Positions 1 to 11,416 of a DNA stretch of 64,000 nucleotides are shown here, piece by piece (positions within the stretch are counted from its first letter, which is position 1; every line of letters begins with the position of its first letter). The notes below the pieces were generated by a model that saw only the letters and a list, made by a program, of their open reading frames with translations, was not told where the DNA came from and ran no database searches. The DNA comes from Planctomycetota bacterium (GTDB taxonomy: Bacteria > Planctomycetota > PLA2 > JAEUHO01): the NCBI GenBank assembly GCA_965223505.1, contig CBDCWP010000021.1, positions 128,001 to 192,000 of the forward strand. The letters run 5' to 3'. Both the position numbers and the translations under genes were made by a program.

Positions 1-1
1 C

Positions 2-406
2 TTCGGGTTGGCCAAGTCTTACCGCAATCTGGGCTATCACCCGCTGACAGGCTCGGGGGAAGCTCGCGGAACTCCCCACTTCATGCCGCCTGAACAGGTG
101 CTCAACGCGAAGTACGCGGGCCCACCGGCCGACATCTACGGCTTCGGTGCGACGATGTATTGGGCGCTTGCGAACGCGTGGCACGTGGATGAATCCGCGG
201 AAGACGGCAATGTCTGGCGGGCGATCCTCTTGGCACCGCACATCCCGATTACGCAACGCAGGCCAGATCTACCGGCGGAGCTCGGTCGTATCATCGATCG
301 GTCGCTCGAGCGCGATGAGAGTGCACGCTTCGATTCCGCCGTCGATGTCCTTCGAGCTTGGAACGACGTAGATCGCTCCGGTGCTGCGGAGCGAACTCGG
401 TGGTAG
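2..406 (+). CDS. Hanks-type Ser/Thr protein kinase, C-terminal part (5' end outside window)
   Basis: Frame opens with (D)FGLAK, then GTPHFMPPEQ (subdomain VIII), ADIYGFG (IX) and the subdomain XI Arg (SARF). Confidence 0.9.
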   Translation, partial: FGLAKSYRNLGYHPLTGSGEARGTPHFMPPEQVLNAKYAGPPADIYGFGATMYWALANAWHVDESAEDGNVWRAILLAPHIPITQRRPDLPAELGRIIDRSLERDESARFDSAVDVLRAWNDVDRSGAAERTRW

Positions 407-408
407 GC

Positions 409-2649
409 TCATCCGTCTGCGTAGATGGCCTTGAACTCGGGCATGTGCCGCAGGGCTTCAAGATCGGGATCCCCCTGAGTCGCGTGCGCGTGGTGCAACT
501 TGATCCGGCTTCGAAGTTGCGTTGCTCGCTGAGACTCCTCATCGAGCCCGCTTAGTACCGCTCGCCGGAGCTTCCACTCCAGGCCGAGCCATTCCAGGGC
601 TCGCTTCGTCCATTCGCGGCGGCCCTGCTCGTCGCGCTTCGCCAACGACAGCGAGGCTGCGCAGGCGCCGTTATAGAGTTCGAGAGGGTCACGTCCGATA
701 GAGGCATCCTCGAACGCACGCGAGAAGTAGTCGGCCGATAGTCCATACTCTCGCATTTCATAGGCCACGTAAGCAAGCGCCAGTGCTTCCTCGGCACTTG
801 CTTCGTCCGTCTTGCCAGCCCGCAACAAGTGCGAGCCGTCGCGAAGCCGTCCCAGGGTCGTCGGGCCGACCCATGTCTCATTCAAGCGATTCTCGTTCGA
901 AGCCAAAGCGGCCAAGGAAGCATCGAGCGCTTCGACCGCTTCGTCGACTCTACGCTGTCTCAGGCACTTTCGCGCCGTGAATCCAAGCTCCACCGCAAGC
1001 TGCTCTGCGGCTCTCGAATCGCCGATCTCGACGAGGTACTTGTGCACGGTAACGCGCTCGCGCTCCTCGTCTGTGATTCGATCTGTGTCCCAGTCCCAGT
1101 CCAGTAGCCCGAGCACCCACCGGCAGGTACGCGCGAGGTCGCTCTTGTATTTGTCGCCGCCACTGCTCTTCGTGAGTTCGACACGCAGCTCAAGCGCCTT
1201 GCGATACCAGACTAGCGCTTCGTCGGGCTTCTTCGACCGTTCGGCCACGATTCCGAACTGCTGGTACGCATATGCGAGATTACTCTTCCATGTCGAATTT
1301 GCCGGAGACCTCGCATAGAGAGCCTCGCGGATCCGGAGGTTCTCCTCGAAGTGAGCAGACGCGGAGGTGAGGTCTTCCGCCCCCCGATCGAGGTCGACCA
1401 GACCCAAGCGCTCATGCGTTAGAGACTCTTCGGTCTGCCAGAGTTCGTTGGTCGGAGCACTCTTGGCCAGCGCCTGAATGACTGGAAGCGCCTCACTGTG
1501 CCGCTTCAGAGCGTCCTCCCACTTTCGATCTGCTCGATGGACCTCACCCAAGCCGTCGAGCGCCGCCCAAATTGCATGCTTCGGTTCGTCACCGGCATCC
1601 ACCTGTGCGCGGGCCGACCGAAGGGCCCGTTCGTAGTGGGTGATTGCCTTGTCCCAGTTTCTCGCCTTCTTCGCCGCCACTGCGAGTCGAAGCTGCTCAT
1701 TGAATGCACCTGGAAGTTCAGTGATCAGTGTGTCAATCGAACTCTGGAGTCGCGACTCGGCCTCCACCCACTCGCGTTCGGAGCGTGAGGCTAGCAAGCT
1801 CTGAACCAAAGCGTGGGCCGTTCGATAGAACTTCAAAGCGACGGCCAGACGACCCTGCCCGCGCTCAAGCTGACCCAACCATGCCAATGCAGTGGCCTCC
1901 TTCATTCGAAGTTCCGGCTCGACGTCACGAGACTCCTGGGCGGAGCGAAGAAGCGCCAAAGTCTCGAGCCAGGCATCGCGCTCCCGGACGGGATCTTCGA
2001 GCTTTCCGTAGAGCAACGCGGTGTGGGAGACCAAGTCGGCCAGAATGACACTCGCCTCACGAGGTCGCTGATACCCCTCCAAGGAGCGCTCGAATCGTTC
2101 GCGAGCCTCAAGGAGGCTCTGGAGCTGCTCGGGAGTCTGGCTGGGACCGTACTGCCCCACGACCCTCTCGAGGTCGGTTAGGGCCGTCTCGATCAGCTCG
2201 ACCTGCCACTGCCCAACGGCGTCCTCACCCAAGAGATGCAGAGCCCGAAGTGCGACTCTCCGTACACGTTCGTCGTCGTCGGTCAGCTGAAGACGAACCA
2301 GCGTTTCCGTAGCCGCAGCGTCTCGCTCACCCACTCCTCCAAGCGCAAGTGCGCACCAGAGCCGGACATCGGCATCGGGATCCCGAAGTGCTTCGACGAG
2401 AGCCTCAGTGGCATCCGCCGCGCCGGGGCCGGCGTCCGCCAACGACTGTGCTGCACGGCGTCGAACTTCCAGGTCCGAGGACCGCAGGCGATCAGCCGCG
2501 GCAACGGCGTCGAAGCCGGCCTTGGGGGATGCGATCCGGTCGCCGCACGCAGAAGCGCAGAGAAAGAACACACAGGCCAAGACTCTCAGGGCGCGCAATG
2601 GGCAACTCCCCCGTATGCAGTTCTGGAGTGGATACCATGTTCTCCCCAC
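409..2649 (-). CDS. HEAT-repeat plus TPR-repeat protein, possible lipoprotein
   Basis: Hydrophobic N-terminus ending CASAC; PBS/HEAT repeats (LVEALRDPDADVRLWCALALG); many TPR-like helices; C-terminal LYNGAC...DPDLEALR..PEF. Start uncertain. Confidence 0.75.
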   Translation of the reverse strand: MGRTWYPLQNCIRGSCPLRALRVLACVFFLCASACGDRIASPKAGFDAVAAADRLRSSDLEVRRRAAQSLADAGPGAADATEALVEALRDPDADVRLWCALALGGVGERDAAATETLVRLQLTDDDERVRRVALRALHLLGEDAVGQWQVELIETALTDLERVVGQYGPSQTPEQLQSLLEARERFERSLEGYQRPREASVILADLVSHTALLYGKLEDPVRERDAWLETLALLRSAQESRDVEPELRMKEATALAWLGQLERGQGRLAVALKFYRTAHALVQSLLASRSEREWVEAESRLQSSIDTLITELPGAFNEQLRLAVAAKKARNWDKAITHYERALRSARAQVDAGDEPKHAIWAALDGLGEVHRADRKWEDALKRHSEALPVIQALAKSAPTNELWQTEESLTHERLGLVDLDRGAEDLTSASAHFEENLRIREALYARSPANSTWKSNLAYAYQQFGIVAERSKKPDEALVWYRKALELRVELTKSSGGDKYKSDLARTCRWVLGLLDWDWDTDRITDEERERVTVHKYLVEIGDSRAAEQLAVELGFTARKCLRQRRVDEAVEALDASLAALASNENRLNETWVGPTTLGRLRDGSHLLRAGKTDEASAEEALALAYVAYEMREYGLSADYFSRAFEDASIGRDPLELYNGACAASLSLAKRDEQGRREWTKRALEWLGLEWKLRRAVLSGLDEESQRATQLRSRIKLHHAHATQGDPDLEALRHMPEFKAIYADG

Positions 2650-2676
2650 GCCGACCAGACGTAGGATTCGCCCACC

Positions 2677-3747
2677 GTGAGCGACACCCCCACCATGCGC
2701 GCCGCCGTCTACCGCGGACAGGACGACGTCCGGATCGAGTCCGTCCCGCGGCCCGAGATCGGCCCCGGCGAGGTCCTATTGCGCGTCGGCGCCTGCGGCG
2801 TCTGCGGCACCGACATCAAGAAGATCCAGCTCGGCCTCGTCGAGCCGCCGCGCATCTTCGGCCACGAAACCGCCGGCACCGTCGAAGCCGTCGGCCCCGG
2901 CGTCACCGACTGGAAGCCCGGCGACCGCGCCGCCGTCTACCATCACATCCCCGATCCCACGTCGTGGTACGGCAGCCGCGGCCTCTACGCCCAATGCGAG
3001 CAGTACCTCAAGACCGGCGCTACCGCCGGGTTCGAACCCGCGGGCGGCGGCTTCTCCGAGTACGTGCGCGTCATGCCCTGGATCGTCGAGCACGACGGAC
3101 TCGTCCGCATCCCGGACGGCGTCACGCTCGAGGAAGCCGCGTTCGTCGAACCCGTCAACACCTGCCTCAAGGCCGTGCGCCTTCTCGACTCCGACGAGGA
3201 CGAGGTCGTTCTCGTCACCGGCGCCGGCAGCATCGGACTCATCCTGATGCAGCTGCTCGTGCGCGAAGGCAATCGCGTCGTCGTCTCGGACCCGCTCCCG
3301 GGCAGGCGCGCGCTGGCATCGAAGCTCGGCGCCGAGCAGGTCGTCGATCCGATCGACGGCGACGCGGCCGCCGCGTGCCGCGAGCTCACTGAGGGGCGCG
3401 GCGCCGACCACGCCGTCATCGCCGCGACCGGACGCGATCCGATTCGCGACGCACTACGGGCAACACGCCCCGGCGCCGGCATCCTGCTCTTCGCGCAGAC
3501 GAAGCCCGGCGACGAAGTACCCATCGACGTCGGCGACCTGTGCGTGAACGAGAAACGACTCTTCGGTTCGTACTCCGCGTCCATCGACATCGCCGATGAA
3601 GCCGCGCAGGTCGTGTTCGATCGCGAGATCGAGCTACGCGAACTGATCTCGCACCGGTATGGTCTCGACCAGGCCGCGGAAGCGATTCGCGTGGCCGCCT
3701 CGCCCGATGATGCCGTGTGCAAGGTGATCGTGACCCCGGAAACGTAG
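2677..3747 (+). CDS. Zn-dependent MDR-family alcohol/polyol dehydrogenase
   Basis: CGVCGTD, GHE and GAGSIG Rossmann motifs; three of the four structural-Zn Cys are absent. Confidence 0.9.
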   Translation: MSDTPTMRAAVYRGQDDVRIESVPRPEIGPGEVLLRVGACGVCGTDIKKIQLGLVEPPRIFGHETAGTVEAVGPGVTDWKPGDRAAVYHHIPDPTSWYGSRGLYAQCEQYLKTGATAGFEPAGGGFSEYVRVMPWIVEHDGLVRIPDGVTLEEAAFVEPVNTCLKAVRLLDSDEDEVVLVTGAGSIGLILMQLLVREGNRVVVSDPLPGRRALASKLGAEQVVDPIDGDAAAACRELTEGRGADHAVIAATGRDPIRDALRATRPGAGILLFAQTKPGDEVPIDVGDLCVNEKRLFGSYSASIDIADEAAQVVFDREIELRELISHRYGLDQAAEAIRVAASPDDAVCKVIVTPET

Positions 3748-3750
3748 CGA

Positions 3751-4740
3751 ATGACACTGAGGACGATGCGCGCGGCCGTGCTTCGCGGTCCCGAAGACCT
3801 GCGCATCGACGACGTTCCCGTTCGCGAGCCCGGTAAGGGCGAGGTCCGTCTCCGCGTCGAGGCCGCCCTGACCGGCGGCACCACGAAGAAGGTCTGGCGC
3901 CGCGGCTATCACGCGCGCATGGGCGACTTGCCCTTGCGCCTCGGCCACGAGGGCGCGGGCGTCGTGGACGCCGTCGGCGAGGGCGTCGAAGGCGTCGAGG
4001 TGGGCCAACGCGTCGTGCCTGCGAACTCGGCCCCGTGCCGCGTCTGCTCGCGCTGCCGGCGCGGCATGACCGCCCAATGCATCGACATGACGTGGCTGCG
4101 CGGGATGTTCGCCCGGTACGTCATCGTGCCCGAGGCCATCGTCGCGTCGAACCTGCATCCGATCCCCGACACCCTCGATTTCGAGACCGCCGCCTTGGCG
4201 GAGAACCTCGCCTGCGTGCTCAAGGGGTTGGATCGCAGCCCCGCGCGGGCGGGCGAGCGCGCGCTCGTCATCGGCACCGGCGCGCTGGGGCTGCTCTGGG
4301 TGCGTGCGCTCTCGCTACGCGGCGTGCACGTAACCGCCGAGGGCCGGCGTCCCGAACGTGAGACCGTGGCGCGCGAGATGGGCGCGGCGGAGACCGAGAT
4401 CGAAGGCAAGTACGATCTGGTCGTCGAGGCGGTCGGCACGACCGAGGGCTGGGAGACGGCCATCGATGCCGTGAACGCGGGCGGGCGGATCAACTTTTTC
4501 GGCGGCCCGGAGCGTGGCAGCACCGTCCCAATCGACACGAACCGGCTGCACTACGACGAGCTACTGTTCACGGCATCGTTTCATCACACGCCGTATCACT
4601 TCGCGGAAGCGGTGAAGCTGCTCGCGCAAGGGTTCGTCGACGGGTCGCTGCTGATCCAGACCGAAGTCGTGCTCGACGGCCTGCAGGACTTCTTCGCGAC
4701 GGATGGCGGCGCGATCAAAGCCGGCGTCAACGTTCGGTAG
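3751..4740 (+). CDS. MDR-family dehydrogenase paralog with degenerate catalytic Zn site
   Basis: GHE, CRVCSRC-x7-C structural site and GTGALG; ALTGGTT replaces the usual TCGTD. Confidence 0.88.
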   Translation: MTLRTMRAAVLRGPEDLRIDDVPVREPGKGEVRLRVEAALTGGTTKKVWRRGYHARMGDLPLRLGHEGAGVVDAVGEGVEGVEVGQRVVPANSAPCRVCSRCRRGMTAQCIDMTWLRGMFARYVIVPEAIVASNLHPIPDTLDFETAALAENLACVLKGLDRSPARAGERALVIGTGALGLLWVRALSLRGVHVTAEGRRPERETVAREMGAAETEIEGKYDLVVEAVGTTEGWETAIDAVNAGGRINFFGGPERGSTVPIDTNRLHYDELLFTASFHHTPYHFAEAVKLLAQGFVDGSLLIQTEVVLDGLQDFFATDGGAIKAGVNVR

Positions 4741-6322
4741 CGTCCGGCACCTCGATCTTCACGGAGGTGTGCCGGCCGTTCTGCACGATGACGTGTTTGG
4801 TAGCCGAACGCGATCCGAAGTAGATGCCGACGCGCACCTTGCCGGGCTCGACCATGTGACACGTGCGCTTGCCGAGGTGATCGACGAACGAATCGACGCG
4901 CTGCGTCGTGCCGTTCACGTCCATCCAGGCGAAGTTCGACGGCTGCAGGATCTCTACGCGGGCGAACGGCAAGGGGCGCCCCTGGGTATCGACGGCCTCG
5001 ACGCCCACCGTGCCGCCGCGGACGGCGCGAACGCTGACCACCTCGACACCGACCTTCACCTCGATCTTCGTGACCAGCGGCGCGCCCGCCCCCCAGACGA
5101 CGCAGTCGAGCTCGCCGAGCGGCTGCTTGCCGAGATCGAGCTCGCCGCGCTCGTCGGCGGTGCCCTCGGCGCTGATGATCGTTCCGCGCCCTACGCGAAC
5201 GATCGCGCCGCGCGCCGCCTTGCCGTCGAAGCGCAACACGCGCAGCAGGACGGGGTGGCTCTTCTCGGGCTCGACGGCGAGCGCCTCCTCTTCGATCGTC
5301 TCTTCGAAGTCCAGGTCCTCTTCGATCTCCACGTGGTCGTCGACCATGGATTCGTCCGGGTGGATGCGCTCCGCCCTGAGCTCGATGCGAAGCCACTCGC
5401 TCGGGTCGTAGGGAAGCGTCCCCGAGCCGCCGATGAGCCACCCCTCGTGCGCGCCGTACAGGTCCACGGGCTCACCCGGATAGTGGGCGACGCCTTCGAG
5501 CCGAGAGCGGCCGAACGCGTCGGTGGTCACCGACACGTAGCGGCCGCGGCGGGCGACGACGGCCTGGGGCTTCCAGCTCGCAGCGATGTCCGCCGGCACC
5601 TCGGCGGGGAACACGACCTGGATGTTCGCCGCGGGGCGCACGGGCAGCTCGCCGACGAGCTTCTCGCTCCACGGCGCGACCGGGCCGGGAAAGTACGCAG
5701 GCTCCCAGATCAGGCCCGCTTCGGTCTTGCCGGTCTCGAACGTGACCGTGCGGTACGTACCGGGCGTCATCGTGGCGATCGCGGTCGGCGTCGCGGCCTC
5801 GCCGCCGGTGAAGGCTTGCTTCAGCGTCCGTTCGAGGCCGACGTCCGCGCCGCGAACCGCGTGGCGCGGCCGAAGCTCGACCGGCACGCCGACGTCGCCG
5901 AGGGTGACCCGGCTGCCGGTCAGCTTCGTCCGGCTCAGCTCGTGCTCCGCCGTCGTGAGCCAGACCGCCTCGGAGCCGTCCCACGGCACGGTGGGCAACA
6001 CGACGCGGCCGGCCTCGTCGGTGCGCAGGCCGGTTGGCAAGACCGGCACACCGGCAAGCGGGGCACCGGCGAACCCGAGAACCGTCACCGTCACCGGCCC
6101 TTCGGTGCCGCCCTCCGTGTCGTCTGCGGCAGCGACGGCCCCTGGTGCGAGGCCTGCGTTGCCGCCCACGTCGGTTCGCATGAGGCCCGCAGGCACCGCG
6201 TCCTCGTTCGCCGCATCGTCGTCCGTTGCCGACGGCTCGCGGTCGAACGACTGCCACACGAGCAGCCCCACGAGTGCGAGCGCAATGAGGATCGCCGAGA
6301 GGGAGAGCGACCGACGTGTCAT
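4727..6322 (-). CDS. Membrane-anchored protein with carboxypeptidase-regulatory-like beta-sandwich domains
   Basis: N-terminal TM helix; VD.QGRPLP.A.V-type repeats; C-terminus similar to the neighbouring gene. Confidence 0.7.
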   Translation of the reverse strand: MTRRSLSLSAILIALALVGLLVWQSFDREPSATDDDAANEDAVPAGLMRTDVGGNAGLAPGAVAAADDTEGGTEGPVTVTVLGFAGAPLAGVPVLPTGLRTDEAGRVVLPTVPWDGSEAVWLTTAEHELSRTKLTGSRVTLGDVGVPVELRPRHAVRGADVGLERTLKQAFTGGEAATPTAIATMTPGTYRTVTFETGKTEAGLIWEPAYFPGPVAPWSEKLVGELPVRPAANIQVVFPAEVPADIAASWKPQAVVARRGRYVSVTTDAFGRSRLEGVAHYPGEPVDLYGAHEGWLIGGSGTLPYDPSEWLRIELRAERIHPDESMVDDHVEIEEDLDFEETIEEEALAVEPEKSHPVLLRVLRFDGKAARGAIVRVGRGTIISAEGTADERGELDLGKQPLGELDCVVWGAGAPLVTKIEVKVGVEVVSVRAVRGGTVGVEAVDTQGRPLPFARVEILQPSNFAWMDVNGTTQRVDSFVDHLGKRTCHMVEPGKVRVGIYFGSRSATKHVIVQNGRHTSVKIEVPDATER

Positions 6323-6361
6323 CTGCTCAGTCCAACGTCGGAGGGACGGCGCGCGTTCGCT

Positions 6362-8161
6362 TCATTTCTCGGACTTCGGGGTATTCGGCGGCGGCGCCGC
6401 CTGGCCGAGCTTCACGCGAAGCCTCTCCGTGCGGCCCTCGCGAACGTCGACATACGCGGATCCGGTGCGCGATCCGAAGGAAGCGCTGACACTGACGGTG
6501 CCGACCAGCCTGTGCAGCGTGCGGCGCCCGCGTGCGTCGGTGAACGGATCGACGCGTTGTTCGTCGCCGACGACATCGACCCACGGGAGATCGGGCGTCT
6601 GCTTGACGGTCAGCGTCGCGAAGGGAACGGGCCGGTCGTTCTCGTCCACGACCTCGACCTCGACGTTGCCGCCGCGCGGCCCCGTCCAGTCATGCCTCGT
6701 CTTCCGACCGACATCGATGGAGACCTTGCGGGTGAACACCGCGCCAGCGCCCCAGACCAGGACCTCGTGCTCCCCGGGAGCGAGATCCTGGACGAGCACG
6801 GTCCCGTTGCGCGAGAGCTTCAGATTGCGGCCCGCGACGTGGACGCGGGCGTCCTTGGCCGGCCGCCCGCTCGGACGACGAACGGTCAGCTCGAGGGCGC
6901 CCGTCGTCGGCGCCTCGTCCTTCGTGATCTGGAGCCGGCCGAGCGCGTTGAGCGCGAGCCGAAACGAGCCGTCAGACACGTGAATCACCGCGCGCTGGTG
7001 CTGACCGAGCGCGTTGGCGAGCACGATCTGCCGCTGGCTGACGTGTTGGATGTCCACGTTCAGCTTGGTCGCGAAGTAGACGAGCTTCCCGGCCTTCGCG
7101 AGCGAGGCGCGGATCACCGCCGGATCACGCGATGTCGCGGACAGTCGCACACTGCCGCTCACGTTGGACTTCCCCATGGCCCCGCTGACGGAAACGGTCT
7201 CGCCCGGCAGGTGCGGAATGCCGTCCAGATGAATGCGCCGGAAGGAGTCCATGTGTTTCGGCGGTGTGAAGCTTCGGCCCACGATCGTCGCCTGTGCGCT
7301 CCACGCGTCGGCCGAACGCGGTTCGTTCTCGGCGGGGAACAACACGGTGACCTCGGCCACGCGCCGCAGCGGATAGAACGCCCGAAGCCGCTTGACGCCC
7401 GGGGCGATCGAAACGGTCCACTTGCGACCGTCCCACGCGAGACCGTCACGAAATTCGGGAAGCGTCAGCTCGAGGATGGTCGAGTCTCCGGCGCCGACGG
7501 CGGCGACCCGACTTCCCGCAGCCGTCACGACGCCGTCGAACGCCGGCTTCACGGTCCAATCGTCGCAGGCGATTCGATCGCCCGTCTCGGCGTCGAGGCA
7601 GTCGAGCTCGATCGGAATGCCGCGCGGAAGCTGCAGCAGCGCGGTCGGTCCCTCGACGACGACGCTCGCCGCGTCCTGCTTGCCCATCGTCACGCGCCCA
7701 CGATCATCGGCGAACGTCACGACCAAGGTCGGTCCATTCGACACGGGTCGAACGGTCTTCGAGCCGTCCCACGGAAGATCGCGCAGCAGCGCCTTGCCGT
7801 CGGCGCCGGTCGTCTGCAACGCCACGCTCCATCGGGCAAGCTCGTTCTTCGGGTTGCTCTCCGCGGTCGTGAGCTCTACGCCGCTGAGCGGGACGCCGGT
7901 GGGCCCGATCACCGTGACCAGGACGTCGCCGCGACGATCGTCGCGCGCGCGCCGGCTGCCTGAGAGCGTGGGCTTCGGCGCGCTCGCGTCGGCAGGCGCC
8001 TCGCCGAGCAGCATCGCGCGCTCTTCTTCGGACGGCTCTTGGATCGCAAGCTCGGCGCCGGAGAGGTCGGCGTCGATCGGATCGTCGAGCAGCAGATACG
8101 CCGCCCCGCCGATGAGCAACAAAGCGAGCAGCAACCAGCCGTGGCGGGCACTTCGGCGCAC
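6362..8161 (-). CDS. Membrane-anchored carboxypeptidase-regulatory-like domain protein (tandem paralog)
   Basis: N-terminal TM; shares VWGAGA...RGG.V.VE.VD...RP.PFA...W.DV.G..QRVD.F.D..G.RT...FGSR with 4727..6322. Confidence 0.7.
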   Translation of the reverse strand: MRRSARHGWLLLALLLIGGAAYLLLDDPIDADLSGAELAIQEPSEEERAMLLGEAPADASAPKPTLSGSRRARDDRRGDVLVTVIGPTGVPLSGVELTTAESNPKNELARWSVALQTTGADGKALLRDLPWDGSKTVRPVSNGPTLVVTFADDRGRVTMGKQDAASVVVEGPTALLQLPRGIPIELDCLDAETGDRIACDDWTVKPAFDGVVTAAGSRVAAVGAGDSTILELTLPEFRDGLAWDGRKWTVSIAPGVKRLRAFYPLRRVAEVTVLFPAENEPRSADAWSAQATIVGRSFTPPKHMDSFRRIHLDGIPHLPGETVSVSGAMGKSNVSGSVRLSATSRDPAVIRASLAKAGKLVYFATKLNVDIQHVSQRQIVLANALGQHQRAVIHVSDGSFRLALNALGRLQITKDEAPTTGALELTVRRPSGRPAKDARVHVAGRNLKLSRNGTVLVQDLAPGEHEVLVWGAGAVFTRKVSIDVGRKTRHDWTGPRGGNVEVEVVDENDRPVPFATLTVKQTPDLPWVDVVGDEQRVDPFTDARGRRTLHRLVGTVSVSASFGSRTGSAYVDVREGRTERLRVKLGQAAPPPNTPKSEK

Positions 8162-8214
8162 CGCGTCCTCCCGGGGAACGGTTCAATCGTACCCACGATT
8201 CGCGGGGGGCTCGC

Positions 8215-8418
8215 CTAGGCCTTCGTCTTGCCTTTGCGCAGGTACTTCAGGCCCCGGATGAGGATCTGGAACAGCAGGAACACCGCGCCGAAGGTGAGCA
8301 GCTCGAGCCCCAGGTCCTCGAAGAGCTTCTCGTCGTCGCTCCAGATCCAGCGCGCCGCGACGTAGGCAACGACGGCGCTCGCGATGTCGATGATCCAGCC
8401 CTTGAGCTTCTGCCACAT
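8215..8418 (-). CDS. Small two-TM membrane protein (67 aa)
   Basis: MWQKLKGWIIDIASAVVAYVAARW...LLTFGAVFLLFQILI; TACATT box 7 nt before the ATG. Confidence 0.6.
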   Translation of the reverse strand: MWQKLKGWIIDIASAVVAYVAARWIWSDDEKLFEDLGLELLTFGAVFLLFQILIRGLKYLRKGKTKA

Positions 8419-8488
8419 GCACGCCAATGTACGCCATCGGTGCGGCCTGGACACGCCGCTTCGGGCCGGTTCCCGTACAACATCGGCC

Positions 8489-10156
<1,668 letters not shown>

Positions 10157-10160
10157 TGCG

Positions 10161-10769
10161 ATGAAGCGAACGGCCGTCCTCGTCCTGTCGCTCTGCTGCT
10201 TCGCGGGCTGCGGGGACGAGAAGAGCGTCGACGACGTCCCGGACGCGCGCGCGTCGCTCGTCGCGTTCGCGCAGGCGATGGACGCCGGCGACTGGAAGAC
10301 GGCGCAAGGCTACATCGACCAGACGTCGGCGAACGGGCGCGAGTACGCGTCGCTGTTGCAGCAGGTCGCGGGGATGCTCGCCATGCGGCAAGCGGTCCTG
10401 GGGGAGGTCGAAAGGAAGTTCGGACGTTCGGCGCGCGATGCCGCGGCGCGCACGTTCCTGCTGCCGCGGGTCGGGGGCGTCGAGGGACCGTATGCGCAGA
10501 TCGTCCCGCCGGACGGGGTGACGGTCGACGAGGAGACCGCGGTTCCCGTGCCCGGGTTCACCGGCTTCGCGCAGCTCGTGCAACGCGGCGACCGCTACGT
10601 GCTGGATGTGAACGAGGCGCTGCGGGACGCGGCGGTGCACGACGCGCGGATCAAGATGCCGGACTACGTGCAGTCGGCGGCGCTCTTCGAGTACCGGCTC
10701 GAGCGCGCCGAGACGGCGGAGGCATTCATCGAGTCGTTGGGCGGCGACGCGCACGAAGAACCGAAGTAG
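10161..10769 (+). CDS. Hypothetical lipoprotein
   Basis: MKRTAVLVLSLCCFAGC lipobox; starts 4 nt after the ettA stop. Confidence 0.7.
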   Translation: MKRTAVLVLSLCCFAGCGDEKSVDDVPDARASLVAFAQAMDAGDWKTAQGYIDQTSANGREYASLLQQVAGMLAMRQAVLGEVERKFGRSARDAAARTFLLPRVGGVEGPYAQIVPPDGVTVDEETAVPVPGFTGFAQLVQRGDRYVLDVNEALRDAAVHDARIKMPDYVQSAALFEYRLERAETAEAFIESLGGDAHEEPK

Positions 10770-10894
10770 CGCGTATCCCCGAGGCCCCCTCGCGCGTTGC
10801 CCCCCCGGGCTTGGGGGGGCGAAAAAAGGGCTGCCGGACCGTCCGCGTCGATTCCGCGGGACAATCGCGCCCGAGGTTCGTCTGGATGGGTGCG

Positions 10895-11416
10895 ATGGCA
10901 ATGCCCCCCACTACGGAAGCGCTGGTCACCCGGGCCCGAGCCGGTGACGCCGAGAGCCGCGAGGCCCTGGCCCACGCGTGGCTGCCTTCCGTCTACGGCG
11001 TCGCGCTTGCCTGCACCGGCCGCGCAGGCGAAGCCGAAGACCTCGCCCAAGAGGCCTTCTCCCGCGCCTTCGGCAAGCTCGACACCCTGCGCGACCCCGC
11101 GCGCTTCGGCCCCTGGATCTGCCAGATCGTGCGCAACGCCGCGCGCGATCTCCGACGCAGGCCCACGCCGCCGGCCGCCCTCGGCGAAGCACAGGAGATG
11201 CTTCCCGACGATCGGCGCCACACCGCCGATGCGAGCGACGCGGTACGCGCGTGGCGCGGCCTGCCCGAAGACCAACGACTGGTCTGCTGGCTCAAAGTGA
11301 TGCAGGGCATGCCGTTTCGAGAGATCGCGAACCTCACGGGCACGTCCAAGAGCGCCGTCTACCGGCTCTACGGAAAGGGACTCGCCCGCCTCCGAGAGGA
11401 GATGTCGACATGTTGA
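10895..11416 (+). CDS. ECF RNA polymerase sigma factor
   Basis: Region 2 AEDLAQEAF...FGPWICQIVRN; region 4 LPEDQR...EIANLTG. Start may be 10886, 10895 or 10901. Confidence 0.9.
   Translation: MAMPPTTEALVTRARAGDAESREALAHAWLPSVYGVALACTGRAGEAEDLAQEAFSRAFGKLDTLRDPARFGPWICQIVRNAARDLRRRPTPPAALGEAQEMLPDDRRHTADASDAVRAWRGLPEDQRLVCWLKVMQGMPFREIANLTGTSKSAVYRLYGKGLARLREEMSTC

Noticed and set aside
4703..7963. 1086-aa + strand ORF
   Set aside because: Antisense shadow of two real minus-strand genes; Arg/Ala-rich with no motifs, typical of high-GC DNA.
10799..10827. GCCCCCCC/GGGGGGGC hairpin followed by A6
   Set aside because: No U-tract follows the stem on either strand, so it is not a canonical intrinsic terminator; function unsupported.
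10978..11409. N-terminal extension of the 909-aa ORF
   Set aside because: Overlaps the sigma gene in another frame; the true start is ATG 11410. Similar over-extended starts were trimmed for many other genes.
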